Assembly: GCA_963808715.1 (NCBI GenBank)
Contig: CAWEHG010000034.1
Coordinates: 35,909-99,908 of the forward strand
DNA: 64,000 nucleotides
DNA from: Ignavibacteriota bacterium
GTDB lineage: Bacteria > Bacteroidota > Ignavibacteria > UBA10030 > UBA6906
Reading direction: 5' to 3'
Positions 40,405 to 51,411 of this stretch are shown here, piece after piece (position 1 is the first letter of the stretch; each line of letters opens with the position of its first letter). Under the pieces are notes generated by a model. That model did no database searches and was not told where the DNA came from. It saw only the letters and a program-made list of their open reading frames with translations. A program made the translations under genes and the position numbers.

Positions 40405-41418
40405 TCATGGATCGATATTGTCTGCGCCACCGGTGAACGGGGCGTCCCTGCGGGCGAATTCCGGCCGGTAATACTCGGACGATCCGTACTCCTGGGCCCA
40501 TCCCCGCTCCATCCCGAGCCGTTCCAGCGTTCGCAACACGCGTTCGAATTCACTCTCGCGGACCTTGCGGTCCAGCAGCGGGGTCGACAGGGCCTTGTGG
40601 GTGGGAAAGTACTGGGACATCAGGCTGATCGTCGTGTGCGGCCCCAGGGCGTCATGGATCCACTGCATGGATTCGCGACTCCCGGCGATGTCGTTCGGAA
40701 GCACCAGGTGCCGGATGATCAGCCCGCGCTTCACCAGCCCGTCATCCCCGACCACCAGCTCGTTCCCCACCTGCCGGTGCATCTCGAGGAGTGCGGCGTG
40801 CGCATGCCGCGGGTAGTCCTTCACGCCGGAGTATCTGTACCCCATCTCGGCATCGCCGTATTTCAGGTCCGGCAGGTAGATGTCCACGATCCCATCGAGC
40901 AGCCGTAGCACCTCCAGGCTGTCGTAGGCGTTGGTATTATAGATGAGGGGGAGCGACAACCCCTGGCCGGCCGCCAGATCCAGGGCGCGGACGATCTGAG
41001 GGACCACATGGCTGGGGGAGACCAGACCGAGGGAGTGGCATCCGCGCCCCTGGAGCTCCAGCATGATCTGCGCAAGCCGGTCGACCGTGACCTCGTGCCG
41101 CCGTTCTTCCCGGTGGTTCTGGCTGATCTCGTGGTTCTGACAGTAGACACACCGGAGGTTGCAGTTGCCGAAGAAGATGTTCCCCACCCCCAGCGTTCCC
41201 GTCAGGAGGGGTTCTTCGCCGAAATGCGCCGTGTACGAGGAGACCACGGGATCATAGGCGGTGTGGCAACGGGCCAGTTCTCCCTTCAAGCGATCGTTGC
41301 CGCAGTCGTGGGGGCAGACCGTGCAGGACGCCAGCATGGCCTCCAGCGAGTCCGCACGCCGGGCGAGCTCGCCGGTCCTGAACAGCGGGATATATGACGG
41401 GAGAACGGGAAACACCAA
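40405..41418 (-). CDS. Radical SAM protein (PflX/activating-enzyme-like)
   Basis: CNLRCVYCQN is a CxxxCxxC radical-SAM cluster motif. Confidence 0.7.
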   Translation of the reverse strand: MVFPVLPSYIPLFRTGELARRADSLEAMLASCTVCPHDCGNDRLKGELARCHTAYDPVVSSYTAHFGEEPLLTGTLGVGNIFFGNCNLRCVYCQNHEISQNHREERRHEVTVDRLAQIMLELQGRGCHSLGLVSPSHVVPQIVRALDLAAGQGLSLPLIYNTNAYDSLEVLRLLDGIVDIYLPDLKYGDAEMGYRYSGVKDYPRHAHAALLEMHRQVGNELVVGDDGLVKRGLIIRHLVLPNDIAGSRESMQWIHDALGPHTTISLMSQYFPTHKALSTPLLDRKVRESEFERVLRTLERLGMERGWAQEYGSSEYYRPEFARRDAPFTGGADNIDP

Positions 41419-41491
41419 GCACCTGGTGCCTTGTCAGAGGGATCGGTTGCGGAGTAATATAGTGAAAGGGGTGTTGGGAGTCCACCTCGGC

Positions 41492-42013
41492 TCAGAGCGG
41501 GAGCCCTCTCGTCTCACCGAGCTTCAGCCATTCGTCCCGGTAGAGGATGTGCCGCGAGTCCACGGCCCTGTCGATCGCCAGGATCCCGTCCAGGTGGTCG
41601 ATCTCGTGTTGCAGGAGCTCCGCCAGGGCGCCTTCCGCCCGGAGCGAGTGCGGACGGCCTGCCGGGTCCTGGTAGTCCACTTCGACGCGGAGATGGCGGC
41701 GGACCTTCACGATCAGGTCCGGGAAGCTGAAGCAATCGTCCCAGAGGGTCATCCGGGTCCGGCTCCGGCGCCGGATCTTCGGGTTGATCAGGGGAAGTTC
41801 CGTCCCGACGTTGAGGAACACCACCCGTTGTGCGGACCCGATCTGCGGCGCAGCGATCCCCCGTCCGAATCCGTTCCGCACCCGGAAGTCCGCCAGCGTG
41901 TCGCGCAGGTCCGCGACCAGTCTCGCAAGTGAGTCGCCGCGAAACCGGCTGACCGGCGCACAGACCTCCCGGAGGCCGGGATGTCCGAGCCGCAGGATCT
42001 CCTGAATGGCCAC
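41492..42013 (-). CDS. def: Peptide deformylase
   Basis: GIAAPQIG, DDCFSFP (EGCLS-equivalent region) and HEIDHL motifs. Confidence 0.8.
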   Translation of the reverse strand: MAIQEILRLGHPGLREVCAPVSRFRGDSLARLVADLRDTLADFRVRNGFGRGIAAPQIGSAQRVVFLNVGTELPLINPKIRRRSRTRMTLWDDCFSFPDLIVKVRRHLRVEVDYQDPAGRPHSLRAEGALAELLQHEIDHLDGILAIDRAVDSRHILYRDEWLKLGETRGLPL

Positions 42014-42050
42014 TGGTCTTTCTCCTCTCTTCTTCGCGGAGTCTTCGGGG

Positions 42051-42875
42051 TCAACCGCCCGTCACCGCATTCCACTGCTCCCCGGCCACCCTTTGCACCC
42101 GGCCGAGCTTCTGGCCGAGGAACCGTTCCCCTACCTCGGTGAACTTCGCGGGGATGTCGCTCACCGAGAACTGGAGGTTCGGCCGGTCCGTGCTGGGGTT
42201 GCGCAGGCCCTGTTCATCCAGAAGCCGCTCCACTTCCTCGGCCGCTGCCTCCCCGGAATCGATCAGCCGCACCTCGGGGCCGACCGCCCGCTCGATGGCC
42301 AGGCGGAGCACCGGGTAGTGCGTGCAACCCAGGATGAGCGTGTCGATATTCTCGAGCGTCAGCGGGAACAGGTACTCTTTTGCGATCAGATGCGTGGCCG
42401 GGTGATCGATCCATCCCTCTTCGGCGAGCGGGACGAAGAGCGGACAGGCGCGGGCCACCACCCGCACGCCGGGGTCCAGCTGGCGTATGGCATGCGCGTA
42501 GGCGTTGCTGTTGATGGTGGCGATCGTGCCGATGACCCCGACGGAACGACGCCGGCTCGCCTTCACGCACGCCGCAGCCCCGGGCGCGATCATCCCGATC
42601 ACCGGGACGCGGGCGAGTTTCTGCACAACGTCCAGGGCCACGGCGGACACGGTGTTGCAGGCGACCACCACGGCCTTGACGTTGTGGGCCATCAGCACCG
42701 CCACGTCGTGGGCCGCGTATTCGCGAACCACTGCCGGCGACTTCGGGCCGTAGGGGACCCTGGCCGTGTCGCCGAAATAGACGATGTTCTCGTGCGGCAG
42801 GCGGCGCGTCAGCGCCCGGACCACCGTCAGACCGCCGATCCCGCTGTCGAACACCCCGATGGGACGCGTGTTCAT
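42051..42875 (-). CDS. murI: Glutamate racemase
   Basis: MNTRPIGVFDSGIGGLTV...VVACNTVS...GCTHYP catalytic motifs. Confidence 0.8.
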   Translation of the reverse strand: MNTRPIGVFDSGIGGLTVVRALTRRLPHENIVYFGDTARVPYGPKSPAVVREYAAHDVAVLMAHNVKAVVVACNTVSAVALDVVQKLARVPVIGMIAPGAAACVKASRRRSVGVIGTIATINSNAYAHAIRQLDPGVRVVARACPLFVPLAEEGWIDHPATHLIAKEYLFPLTLENIDTLILGCTHYPVLRLAIERAVGPEVRLIDSGEAAAEEVERLLDEQGLRNPSTDRPNLQFSVSDIPAKFTEVGERFLGQKLGRVQRVAGEQWNAVTGG

Positions 42876-45507
42876 GCGAGTTGCTGCTCCTCGATGGAAT
42901 GGATCGTGCGCAAGACCTCCTCGCGCACGGCATCGCGCCGGGCGCCGTCCGCCAGCGGCCCTCCTCCCCGTTCCCGCACGTAGAAGGCATCCACGATCCC
43001 GTCCACCCTGGTGGCGATCTTGGCGAAATAGATATCCAGCCCCAGCCGCGAGATGGTCTCGGTGACGCGATAGAGGAATCCCACGGAATCGGTGGCGTAG
43101 ACGTCGATGATGGTGTACCGCCCGGCGTCTTCGAACTCCACTCCCAATCGTGTTGAGGGGTTGCGCGGATGTCGCGGGCGCCGTTTCCACTTCCGGTGAT
43201 GGGCAGCCAGCAGGTGGGCGACGTCCTTCTCCCCCGCCGTCACTTCGCGGAGGTCATCCGCGATCTTCTGGCACACCCGGTATTCGAGCTGCTGGCGGTT
43301 CGCGGCATCCGTGACCCTGAACCGGTCGATGATGATCCCGTCGTCCCGGGTGAAGATGTTGGCGTCGAAGATGTTCGCGTCGTTGGCGGAGAGCACGGCG
43401 CAGAATCGGGAGAGCGCGAAGGGCGCATCGTGCCCGATCACGGTCACTTCGGTGTATCCGCCCGCGTGGGAGAAGAGTGCGGAGACCGGTTCCCGGGCGG
43501 CGATCTTCTGGAGATGGTCGCCGATCTCCCGGTCGGTGAACGACGCGATATAGGACGGGCTGTCGATCCCGGCGAGGTGACGTTCGACCTCCTCCCGCGG
43601 CATGGTGTTGCTGAGGGCCGAGACCACCTGCTCCGCCGCCTCCTCGTGTTTCGCAGTGTGGTAGGCGTCGATCTGGCTCCCCTGGAGTTTGCGATGGAGC
43701 ACCTCCGCGGAGAACTGGTGCAGCTCCTGCAGGATCGAGGCTTTCCAGCGGGTCCAGACGTTCGGGTTCACCGCGGAGAGGTCGGCATAGGTCAGCAGGT
43801 AGAGGTGGTCCAGCAGCGCCGGCCGGGGAAAGCGGGCGGTGAACTCGCGGATGGTCGCCGAATCGTGGATGTTCCTGCGGAATGCGACCTGTTCCATGAC
43901 CAGGTGGTGACGGATCAGGAACTCCACGTCGTCCGCGAGATCGTGCAGGCCGAGGCGCCCCAGAACGGTCCGGGCGATCGCCCCGCCGGTGATCTCATGG
44001 TCCGCCACCCCGTCGGGTTTCGCGATGTCGTGCAGAAGGATCGCGAGGTACAGCAGATCCTTCCGCTCCACCCTCCGGAAGATCTCGCGCAGGTATCCCG
44101 GTTGTTCGCGAAGGCGCTCCGCATGCTCCACAGCGATCAGCGTGTGCTCGTCGGCGGTGAAGTAGTGATAGACGTTATGCTGAAAGAATGCCACCAGGCG
44201 ACCGAACTCCGGGATATAGCGTCCGAGGACATCGGCGTCGTTCATCTCCCGGAGCACCGGTCCCACGGATCGGGACCGGAGGATCCGTCGGAACCGGGAG
44301 GCGAGGTCGGGGGAGGCCGGAGCGTCCGGTCCGAGCAGGTCCGCTCCGCGTTCGATGGCGGCCCGGAGACGGGCGTCAGGCACGAGGTTCCGCTCCGCCG
44401 CGAGAACCAGCGCATCGAACAGATGCACCGCGTTCGCGAACCCTTCGACCCCCGGCGCGAAACAGAGCCGGTCCTCCTCGGCGCGAAATCCGCCCTGCAG
44501 GGTCTCTCCCGGAGCGTGCCCGCCGGCAGCATCCAGGGTTTCGCGGAATCGCTGCGTGAGCCTCCGGTTCAGCTTGTGGATGACGCGCGCATGCCGGTAG
44601 TACTCGCGCATGAACACTTCGACGGGACGCAGGCCGGGCTCCGGGGAGAAGCGAAGACCTTCGGCGACCGCCATCTGCAGCGCGTACTCGAGCGTATCGT
44701 GCTGACCATCGCGCTGCAGGTGCATTTCGTGGCGGACGCGGAAGAGGAACTCGAGCGCTTCGACCACCGCGCGGTATTCCCTCTCGTCCAGTCCTTCCCG
44801 CTCGCTGAGCACGCGCAGGAACCCCGCATGCGCGGGGCCGGGTCCCTGCTCCGCCGTGGCAAAGGCGGGATCCGCCCCCCGGTAGAGCCAGAGGAGCGTA
44901 TGCGCATCGCGCAGTCCCCCGGCGCTCTTCTTGACGTTCGGCTCCAGCAGCTTCACCGACGTTCCGTACCGTTCGTGCCGCGCCCGCTGGTCGGCGAGCA
45001 GCCCTTCGATCAGCCAGCGCCGGATCTCCGGCAGGCGCGAGGCCATGGACTCGGCGAATCCCCCGGCGAGGGCCGGGTCACCGCACACAAAACGCGCCTC
45101 CAGCTGCGAAACCCAAACGTCCAGCGTCCGGCCTGCGGCAGCCAGCACCTCCGGGATCGTCCGCACGCTGTGGCCGATGTTCAGTCCGGCATCCCAGAGG
45201 ATGTGCAGGAACTTCCTGACGGTTTCTTCGATCTCCCGCCGGTCGTCCGCTTCTTCGCACAGAACCATGACGTCGACGTCGGAACCGGGGAAGAGCTCCC
45301 GGCGGCCGTACCCCCCAGGGCGAAAACCGCAATGCGCGGCCCGCCCGGGTCCATGACCGCCGAATAGGCGGCCAGCAGGGCATCATCAACGGTTGCGGTC
45401 AGTGCCGTCGACGTGTCGAATGCCGACGTCCCGGCGTGGTGCCGGGCGACGATCCCGAGGACCTTTTCGTCACGTGTGGTTCGGATCGACGGCGCAAGCT
45501 CGTGCAT
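42872..45507 (-). CDS. glnD: [Protein-PII] uridylyltransferase / uridylyl-removing enzyme GlnD, with an apparent frameshift at about 45300-45312 (C6 homopolymer)
   Basis: A nucleotidyltransferase N-terminus (RIAVFALGG... then GSDVDVMVLCEE in another frame), an HD domain (LLHDIAKP) and two C-terminal ACT domains. Confidence 0.75.
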
Positions 45508-45762
45508 GAATGCAATATACCTACCTCTCGATGGAGATTCCACCCTCCGGAGCATACGGGTGGGACCACCTGGCGGGTGGCCAGAGCCCGTCCTGCTCGA
45601 CGGTTTTTCGACGAAATCCCCTCTTCTCAATGCCTCTCGAACCCTCAAGAGAGCTGAAAAAGTAAACGGTCCGGTTAAAGAACTCAACAATCCGGTCATG
45701 GAAGTCACGTCATGAGCCGCCAAAACCGTTCACATTAGGCAATTGTTTCCCTGGCTCAACAA

Positions 45763-46248
45763 TTGCATTCTCCAGGCGGAGACAAGGCATCACCATGGAC
45801 CAGTTCGTTCGAGACTCCAGGCACTGCGTTCTTCGATCTGCTTCTGGCCTCCCATACTTCGCTGAAGAAGGTGGCCGGACTCGCCGACATGAGCGCCGAA
45901 GAGGTTCTGTGCCTGTTCGTCCTCCATGAGCACCACCCGGAGAACGTCAAGGCGCTGAGCAGGCATCTCGGCGTACGGAGCAGCCGGATGTCCAAGATCC
46001 TGTATTCGCTTGAGGAACGTGGATTCGTCATCCGATCGATCTCCAATGTGGACCATCGTATGGAAGAGGTCACCCTCACTCCCCGCGGGACCGACCGGAT
46101 GGCAAACATGCTGGCGTTCGGTCGGAGCCTCGCTGAGAGCGTCCCGTTCGCGGGGGGGCACGGCCTCTCTGTCGCGTCTCCGCCGCCGGCCGGGAAAGGC
46201 CACTGGACCCATTCCCGCACCCGTTCCCAGGACCAAGAGCATCATTGA
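45763..46248 (+). CDS. MarR family transcriptional regulator
   Basis: A winged-HTH block ENVKALSRHLGVRSSRMSKILYSLEERGFVIR...EVTLTPRG. The start codon is uncertain. Confidence 0.55.
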   Translation: MHSPGGDKASPWTSSFETPGTAFFDLLLASHTSLKKVAGLADMSAEEVLCLFVLHEHHPENVKALSRHLGVRSSRMSKILYSLEERGFVIRSISNVDHRMEEVTLTPRGTDRMANMLAFGRSLAESVPFAGGHGLSVASPPPAGKGHWTHSRTRSQDQEHH

Positions 46249-46261
46249 CCGAGGTCGACCC

Positions 46262-46903
46262 ATGAGCGTTCCATCTGTCATCCCACTCGCCCCCGTCACC
46301 ACCAAGAAGCACCGCGGGATCGCCCGGCGGATCAAGTTCGAATCCGAGCTGGACCTCGCGTTCGGCGAGACCATGGCCGAAAAGGCGTACGGACAGCGAC
46401 TGTTGAGTTGCATCCAATGCGGCACCTGCAGCGCCACCTGCCCGCTGAGCCACTACATGGACTTCACGCCGCGGCGGATCATCGCGATGACCCGCGAGGG
46501 CTTCCGCGACGAGGTGCTGAACAGCCTGACCATCTGGTTGTGCGCCTCCTGCTACTCCTGCACGGTCCAGTGTCCGCGCCAGATCCACATCACCGACGTG
46601 ATGTACACGCTGAAACGGGAGGCAATGGCGCGCGGTGTCCATCCCAAACACCACCCGATCCCCGTGCTCGCACGCGAATTCTTTGAGCAGGTCCGCCATT
46701 ACGGCCGCAACACCGAGAGCCATGTCCTGGTGAGACTGTTCCTGAGAACGAAACCCTGGAAGATGCTGAAGGAGGCCTGGCTCGGGTTCACCCTCTGGCG
46801 CAAGGGGAGACTCTCCCCGTTCCGCGAGAAGATCCACGGCATCGCCAGCTTGCGCGCCATCCTGACCAGCAGCAGCCCGAAGAACGGAGGACGACCTTCA
46901 TGA
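46262..46903 (+). CDS. hdrC: Heterodisulfide reductase subunit C (two 4Fe-4S clusters)
   Basis: CIQCGTCSATCP and CASCYSCTVQCP ferredoxin-like motifs. Position upstream of hdrB. Confidence 0.75.
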   Translation: MSVPSVIPLAPVTTKKHRGIARRIKFESELDLAFGETMAEKAYGQRLLSCIQCGTCSATCPLSHYMDFTPRRIIAMTREGFRDEVLNSLTIWLCASCYSCTVQCPRQIHITDVMYTLKREAMARGVHPKHHPIPVLAREFFEQVRHYGRNTESHVLVRLFLRTKPWKMLKEAWLGFTLWRKGRLSPFREKIHGIASLRAILTSSSPKNGGRPS

Positions 46904-47802
46904 CCTACCTCTATTTTCCCGGATGCTCCCTGCGCAGCACCGGACGCGCGTACGAGGAATCGATGCTGGCGGTCTTCCGCGCGCTCGAGATCCCGCTCGA
47001 AGAGCTGCAGGACTGGAACTGCTGCGGCGCCACCGCCTACTTCTCGACGGACGAACACCAGGCCTTCGCCATCGCCGCCAGGAATCTCGCCATCGGCGAG
47101 ATCCAGGCGAAGGTGAACGGCTCGGGGCCCGTGGACATCATCGCCCCCTGCAGCGCCTGCTTCCTCGTCCTGAGCAAGACCCAGCGGTACCTTGCGCAAT
47201 ACCCCGAGGTGCATGCGTCCGTGACCAACGCCCTCGCGGCCGGCGGACTGGTATACCACGGAAAGGTCCGCGTCCGCCACCCGCTCGACGTGCTCGTCAA
47301 CGACATCGGGCTCAAGAGAATCGCGGCAAGGACCCGTCGCCCTCTGAAGGGCATCCGGGTCGCCAGCTACTACGGGTGCCAGATGACCCGTCCGTTCACC
47401 ACGTTCGACGATCCTTTCTATCCCACGACGATGGACTCGCTTCTCCGCGCCATGGGAGCCGAGCCGGTGGACTGGGCTCTCAAGACCCGATGCTGCGGCG
47501 GCAGCCTCACCGGGACGATCCAGGAGGCCGGGCTCCGCCTGAACAGGGCCCTTCTGAAGGAGATCAGCAAGCACCGCGCCGACATCGCGGTCACCTGCTG
47601 CCCCCTCTGCCAGCATAACCTCGAGTGCTACCAGGGCCGGATCAACCGGGAATACAACGAGGACCTCCACGTGCCGATCGCCTATTTCACCCAGCTCATG
47701 GGACTGGCCCTCGGGATCCCGGACAAGGAGCTGGGGATCCAGAGATTGTTCCACCCGATCCCCCACCCCGCTTCCCGGCGGGAGGAGGCCGCGCATGTCT
47801 GA
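46900..47802 (+). CDS. hdrB: Heterodisulfide reductase subunit B (CCG domains)
   Basis: MTYLYFPGCSL...NCCGA...CxxC, and a second CCG domain (YYGCQ...RCCGG). Confidence 0.8.
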   Translation: MTYLYFPGCSLRSTGRAYEESMLAVFRALEIPLEELQDWNCCGATAYFSTDEHQAFAIAARNLAIGEIQAKVNGSGPVDIIAPCSACFLVLSKTQRYLAQYPEVHASVTNALAAGGLVYHGKVRVRHPLDVLVNDIGLKRIAARTRRPLKGIRVASYYGCQMTRPFTTFDDPFYPTTMDSLLRAMGAEPVDWALKTRCCGGSLTGTIQEAGLRLNRALLKEISKHRADIAVTCCPLCQHNLECYQGRINREYNEDLHVPIAYFTQLMGLALGIPDKELGIQRLFHPIPHPASRREEAAHV

Positions 47803-49810
47803 TCAGAGCACCAACGGCGCCCCCAGGATCGGATTCTACGTCTGCCATTGCGGACACAATATCGCCGGCATCGTCGACGTCCACGCCGTCGCCGAGGCCG
47901 TGGCTCGCCTGCCCCAGGTGGTCGTGTCGCGCGAATACAAATACATGTGTTCGGATCCGGGGCAGGAGCTGATCCAGCAGGACATCCGCGAACACCATCT
48001 CAACCGGATCGTCGTGGCTTCCTGCTCCCCGCTGCTGCACGAACATACGTTCAGGACCGCAACGGAGAACGGCGGGCTCAACGCCTACCACTTCCACATG
48101 GTCAATATCCGCGAGAACGTCTCGTGGGTGCACACCGACCGTGATGCCGCCACGCGCAAGGCGATCGACCTTGCCCGCGCGGCCATTCTGCGGGTCCAGC
48201 ACCACAAACCCCTCCAGAACCGGAAGGTGCGGATCCACCCCGACGTGCTGGTCGTGGGCGGGGGGATCGCGGGCATCCACGCAGCCCTGACCCTCGCCAA
48301 CGCGGGAAAGAAGGTCTATCTCGTCGAGCGCCAGCCGACCATCGGCGGGCACATGGCCATGTTCGACAAGACCTTCCCCACGCTCGATTGCGCGGCCTGC
48401 ATCCTGACGCCGAAGATGTCGCAGGTGAAGAACCACCGGAACATCACCCTCTGGTCGTATTCGGAGGTGTCTGCGCTCGAGGGGTACGTCGGGAACTACC
48501 GTGTCACCGTGCGCCGGAAGCCCCGCTACATCAACGAGGATCTCTGCGTCGGCTGCATGGAGTGCGTTGAGGCCTGCGTCTACAAAGAGGGCCGCACGCC
48601 AGACGAGTTCAACGTCGGCCTTAGCAAGCGGAAACCGATCTACATCCCGTTCCCCCAGGCAACCCCGCAGGTGGTGGTCATCGACCCCGAGACCTGCATC
48701 CAGTTCAAGTCGGGACACTGCAAGCAGACCTGCGTCGAAAAGTGCGACCGCGACGCGGTGGTCCTGGACCAGCAGGAGACCTTCGAGACCGTGGACGTGG
48801 GCACCATCATCCTCGCCACGGGATTCAAGACCTTCGACGCCTCGCAGTTGCCGGTCTACGGGTACGGGAGGTACAAGAACGTCTACACGTCGCTGGAGGT
48901 GGAACGGCTGGTCAACGCCTCCGGGCCGACCGGGGGGGACCTGATCCTCCGCGACGGCTCCAGACCGAAGACGGTGGGGATCATCCACTGCGTCGGGTCA
49001 CGCGACCGGAACACCAACCGGTGGTGCTCCCGCACCTGCTGTATGTATTCATTGAAGCTCGCCCATCTTCTGAAGGAGCATTCGGACGCGGAGGTGTACA
49101 ACTTCTACATCGACATACGGGCTGCGGGCAAGACCTACGAGGAGTTCTACGACAAGCTGCTCGAGGAGAACGTCCATTTCATCCGGGGGCGGGTGGCAGA
49201 GGTGACCGACTGGACGGCGCGGCCGTCGGAGGAGGGGAAACTGATCATCCGCTGCGAAGACACCCTGATCGGCGTTGTGCGCCGGATCCCGGTGGACATG
49301 GTCGTGCTGGCGGTCGGGATGGAGCCCCAGAAGGACGCGCAGGAGGTACGGCGGCTCTTCAACATCTCCTGCTCCACCGAGGGGTTCTTCCTGGAGCGCC
49401 ACCCCAAGCTCGCGCCGGTGGACACCTTCACCGACGGCGTCTTCATCGCGGGAGCATGCCAGGGACCCAAGGACATTCCCGACAGCGTCGCGCAGGCCGG
49501 CGCGGCCGCCGCGCAGGCGATGGCACTCATCGACGCGCGGGAGATCGAGCTGGAACCCAACGCCGCGGTGGTGGACCAGGACGTCTGCGCCGGGTGTCGT
49601 TCATGCCTGAATGTCTGCCCGTACAACGCGATCTCCCGCGACGAGGCCAAACAGAAGGCGTTCATCAACGAGGCGCTGTGCAAGGGATGCGGGACCTGCG
49701 TGGCCACCTGTCCCTCGGGCGCCATCACGCAGAACCTCTTCGAGGATCAGGAGATCTTCAGCGAGATCGAAGGCCTGCTGACCGAACCGCGCCAGACACA
49801 ACCGGCGTAA
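47795..49810 (+). CDS. hdrA: Heterodisulfide reductase subunit A (FAD, multiple Fe-S; electron-bifurcating subunit)
   Basis: VLVVGGGIAGIHAAL FAD motif, several CxxCxxCxxxCP ferredoxin motifs, an N-terminal Cys cluster (YVCHCGHNIAG) and the inserted thioredoxin-reductase-like domain. Confidence 0.85.
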   Translation: MSDQSTNGAPRIGFYVCHCGHNIAGIVDVHAVAEAVARLPQVVVSREYKYMCSDPGQELIQQDIREHHLNRIVVASCSPLLHEHTFRTATENGGLNAYHFHMVNIRENVSWVHTDRDAATRKAIDLARAAILRVQHHKPLQNRKVRIHPDVLVVGGGIAGIHAALTLANAGKKVYLVERQPTIGGHMAMFDKTFPTLDCAACILTPKMSQVKNHRNITLWSYSEVSALEGYVGNYRVTVRRKPRYINEDLCVGCMECVEACVYKEGRTPDEFNVGLSKRKPIYIPFPQATPQVVVIDPETCIQFKSGHCKQTCVEKCDRDAVVLDQQETFETVDVGTIILATGFKTFDASQLPVYGYGRYKNVYTSLEVERLVNASGPTGGDLILRDGSRPKTVGIIHCVGSRDRNTNRWCSRTCCMYSLKLAHLLKEHSDAEVYNFYIDIRAAGKTYEEFYDKLLEENVHFIRGRVAEVTDWTARPSEEGKLIIRCEDTLIGVVRRIPVDMVVLAVGMEPQKDAQEVRRLFNISCSTEGFFLERHPKLAPVDTFTDGVFIAGACQGPKDIPDSVAQAGAAAAQAMALIDAREIELEPNAAVVDQDVCAGCRSCLNVCPYNAISRDEAKQKAFINEALCKGCGTCVATCPSGAITQNLFEDQEIFSEIEGLLTEPRQTQPA

Positions 49811-49838
49811 TCACGGACCGAACTCAGGAAACCGACTC

Positions 49839-50345
49839 ATGACCACCGCAATAACGCCGACGCCGTCGTGGCAGCCGCGGATCGTCGCGTTCTTCTGCAA
49901 CTGGTGCACCTACACGGCGGCCGACCTCGCGGGCGTCTCCCGGCTCACCTACGCGCCGAACGTCCGCATCATCCGGGTGATGTGCTCCGGACGCATGGAC
50001 CCGCAATTCGTGCTCGACGCGTTCGCCCGTGGCGCGGACGGGGTCTTGATCGGAGGATGCCACCCCGGCGACTGCCACTACGTCGAGGGGAACTACAAGG
50101 CGCTCCGCCGCATACGCCTGCTGGAGCGCTTGCTCGACGACATGGGGATCGCCAAGGACCGCTTCCGCCTCGAATGGATCTCGGCGTCGGAGGGAGAGAA
50201 GGTCCGGGTGGTGGTGAACGATATCGTGGCAAAGGTCAGGGCCCTCGGGCCGCTGGACCTGCCCGGGAAATTCCGCGAGTGGGACAGCGAGATGGACGAG
50301 CTCGAACAGGCGGTCAACACCACCGGGGAGGCCCTCCATGCCTGA
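49839..50345 (+). CDS. mvhD: Methyl-viologen-reducing hydrogenase delta subunit (MvhD/FlpD-like, 2Fe-2S)
   Basis: IVAFFCNWCTYTAADLAG...VMCSGR...GCHPGDCHY are conserved MvhD cysteines. Confidence 0.8.
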   Translation: MTTAITPTPSWQPRIVAFFCNWCTYTAADLAGVSRLTYAPNVRIIRVMCSGRMDPQFVLDAFARGADGVLIGGCHPGDCHYVEGNYKALRRIRLLERLLDDMGIAKDRFRLEWISASEGEKVRVVVNDIVAKVRALGPLDLPGKFREWDSEMDELEQAVNTTGEALHA

Positions 50346-51306
50346 CAAGCCGAAAGTCGCTTTCTACTGGTGCGCCTCCTGCGGCGGGTGCGAGGAATCC
50401 GTCGTGGACCTCGCCGAAGGGCTGCTGGAAGTGGCCGCCGCCGTGGACATCGTCCTGTGGCCCGTCGCAATGGACTTCAAACGCGAGGACGTCGAGGCCC
50501 TGCCCGATGGCTCCATCGCTGCCGCCCTGATCAACGGCGCCGTGCGAACCTCCGAACAGGAGGAGATGGCCCGGATGCTCCGCCGCAAGAGCCTCGTGGT
50601 GATCGCCTACGGCTCCTGCGCGCACACCGGCGGCATCCCCGGACTTGCCAACCAGTTCGACCGGGAGGAGATCCTCCGCTACGTGTACGACGAGGCACCG
50701 TCGACGGTGAACCCCGAACACACCCGTCCTGCCCTCTCGTTCGGCATCAACGGCGCTACGGTCAGGCTTCCCGAGTTCCGCCGGATGGTCCGGACGCTGG
50801 ACCAGGTGATCGATGTGGACTACTACCTGCCCGGCTGCCCGCCGACACCCGCACTGCTCAAGGCGGCGGTCCAGGCATTGCTGACCGGCACCCTTCCACC
50901 GAAGGGATCGGTGCTGGCCCCGGACGTTGCGCTGTGCGAAGAGTGCCCCAAGAAGGACAGCAAACCGTCCGACCTCTCCTTCACCGAGTTCCGGCGCCCG
51001 CACACCACGGCCATCGACCCGAACACCTGCTTGCTGGCCCAGGGGATCGTCTGCATGGGACCCGCGACCCGGAGCGGTTGCGGCGCACTGTGCTGCACGG
51101 GCAACATGCCGTGTACCGGCTGTTTCGGGCCGACCTCCCGGGTCAGGGACCAGGGAGCCAAGATGCTCTCGTCCCTCGCCGCAGGGGTGGCGGCGAAGGA
51201 CGAAGAGGGGATCCGGGAGACTCTCACAGGGCTCCCCGATCCGGTCGGGACGTTCTATCGGTACGCATTGCCGGCGTCGATGCTCCGGCGCAAGATCATC
51301 CACTGA
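50338..51306 (+). CDS. mvhG: NiFe hydrogenase small subunit, group 3c (MvhG-like)
   Basis: N-terminal CASCGGCEES proximal-cluster motif. Downstream Cys clusters (CPPTP..., GCGALCCTGNMPCTGC). Confidence 0.75.
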   Translation: MPDKPKVAFYWCASCGGCEESVVDLAEGLLEVAAAVDIVLWPVAMDFKREDVEALPDGSIAAALINGAVRTSEQEEMARMLRRKSLVVIAYGSCAHTGGIPGLANQFDREEILRYVYDEAPSTVNPEHTRPALSFGINGATVRLPEFRRMVRTLDQVIDVDYYLPGCPPTPALLKAAVQALLTGTLPPKGSVLAPDVALCEECPKKDSKPSDLSFTEFRRPHTTAIDPNTCLLAQGIVCMGPATRSGCGALCCTGNMPCTGCFGPTSRVRDQGAKMLSSLAAGVAAKDEEGIRETLTGLPDPVGTFYRYALPASMLRRKIIH

Positions 51307-51411
51307 GAACCCGCTGCCCGCCGGCGCGGGCCCGGAGAACGGAACCAGGACATGGACAGACACATCACCGAACGCTGGGATCAAGCCCACGCCGCAGCCA
51401 ACACGGCGTAC

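Noticed and set aside
47795-50345. Selenocysteine (in-frame TGA) in HdrA/MvhD as in some methanogens
   Set aside because: Both ORFs are continuous with Cys at the relevant positions. No SECIS-like requirement.
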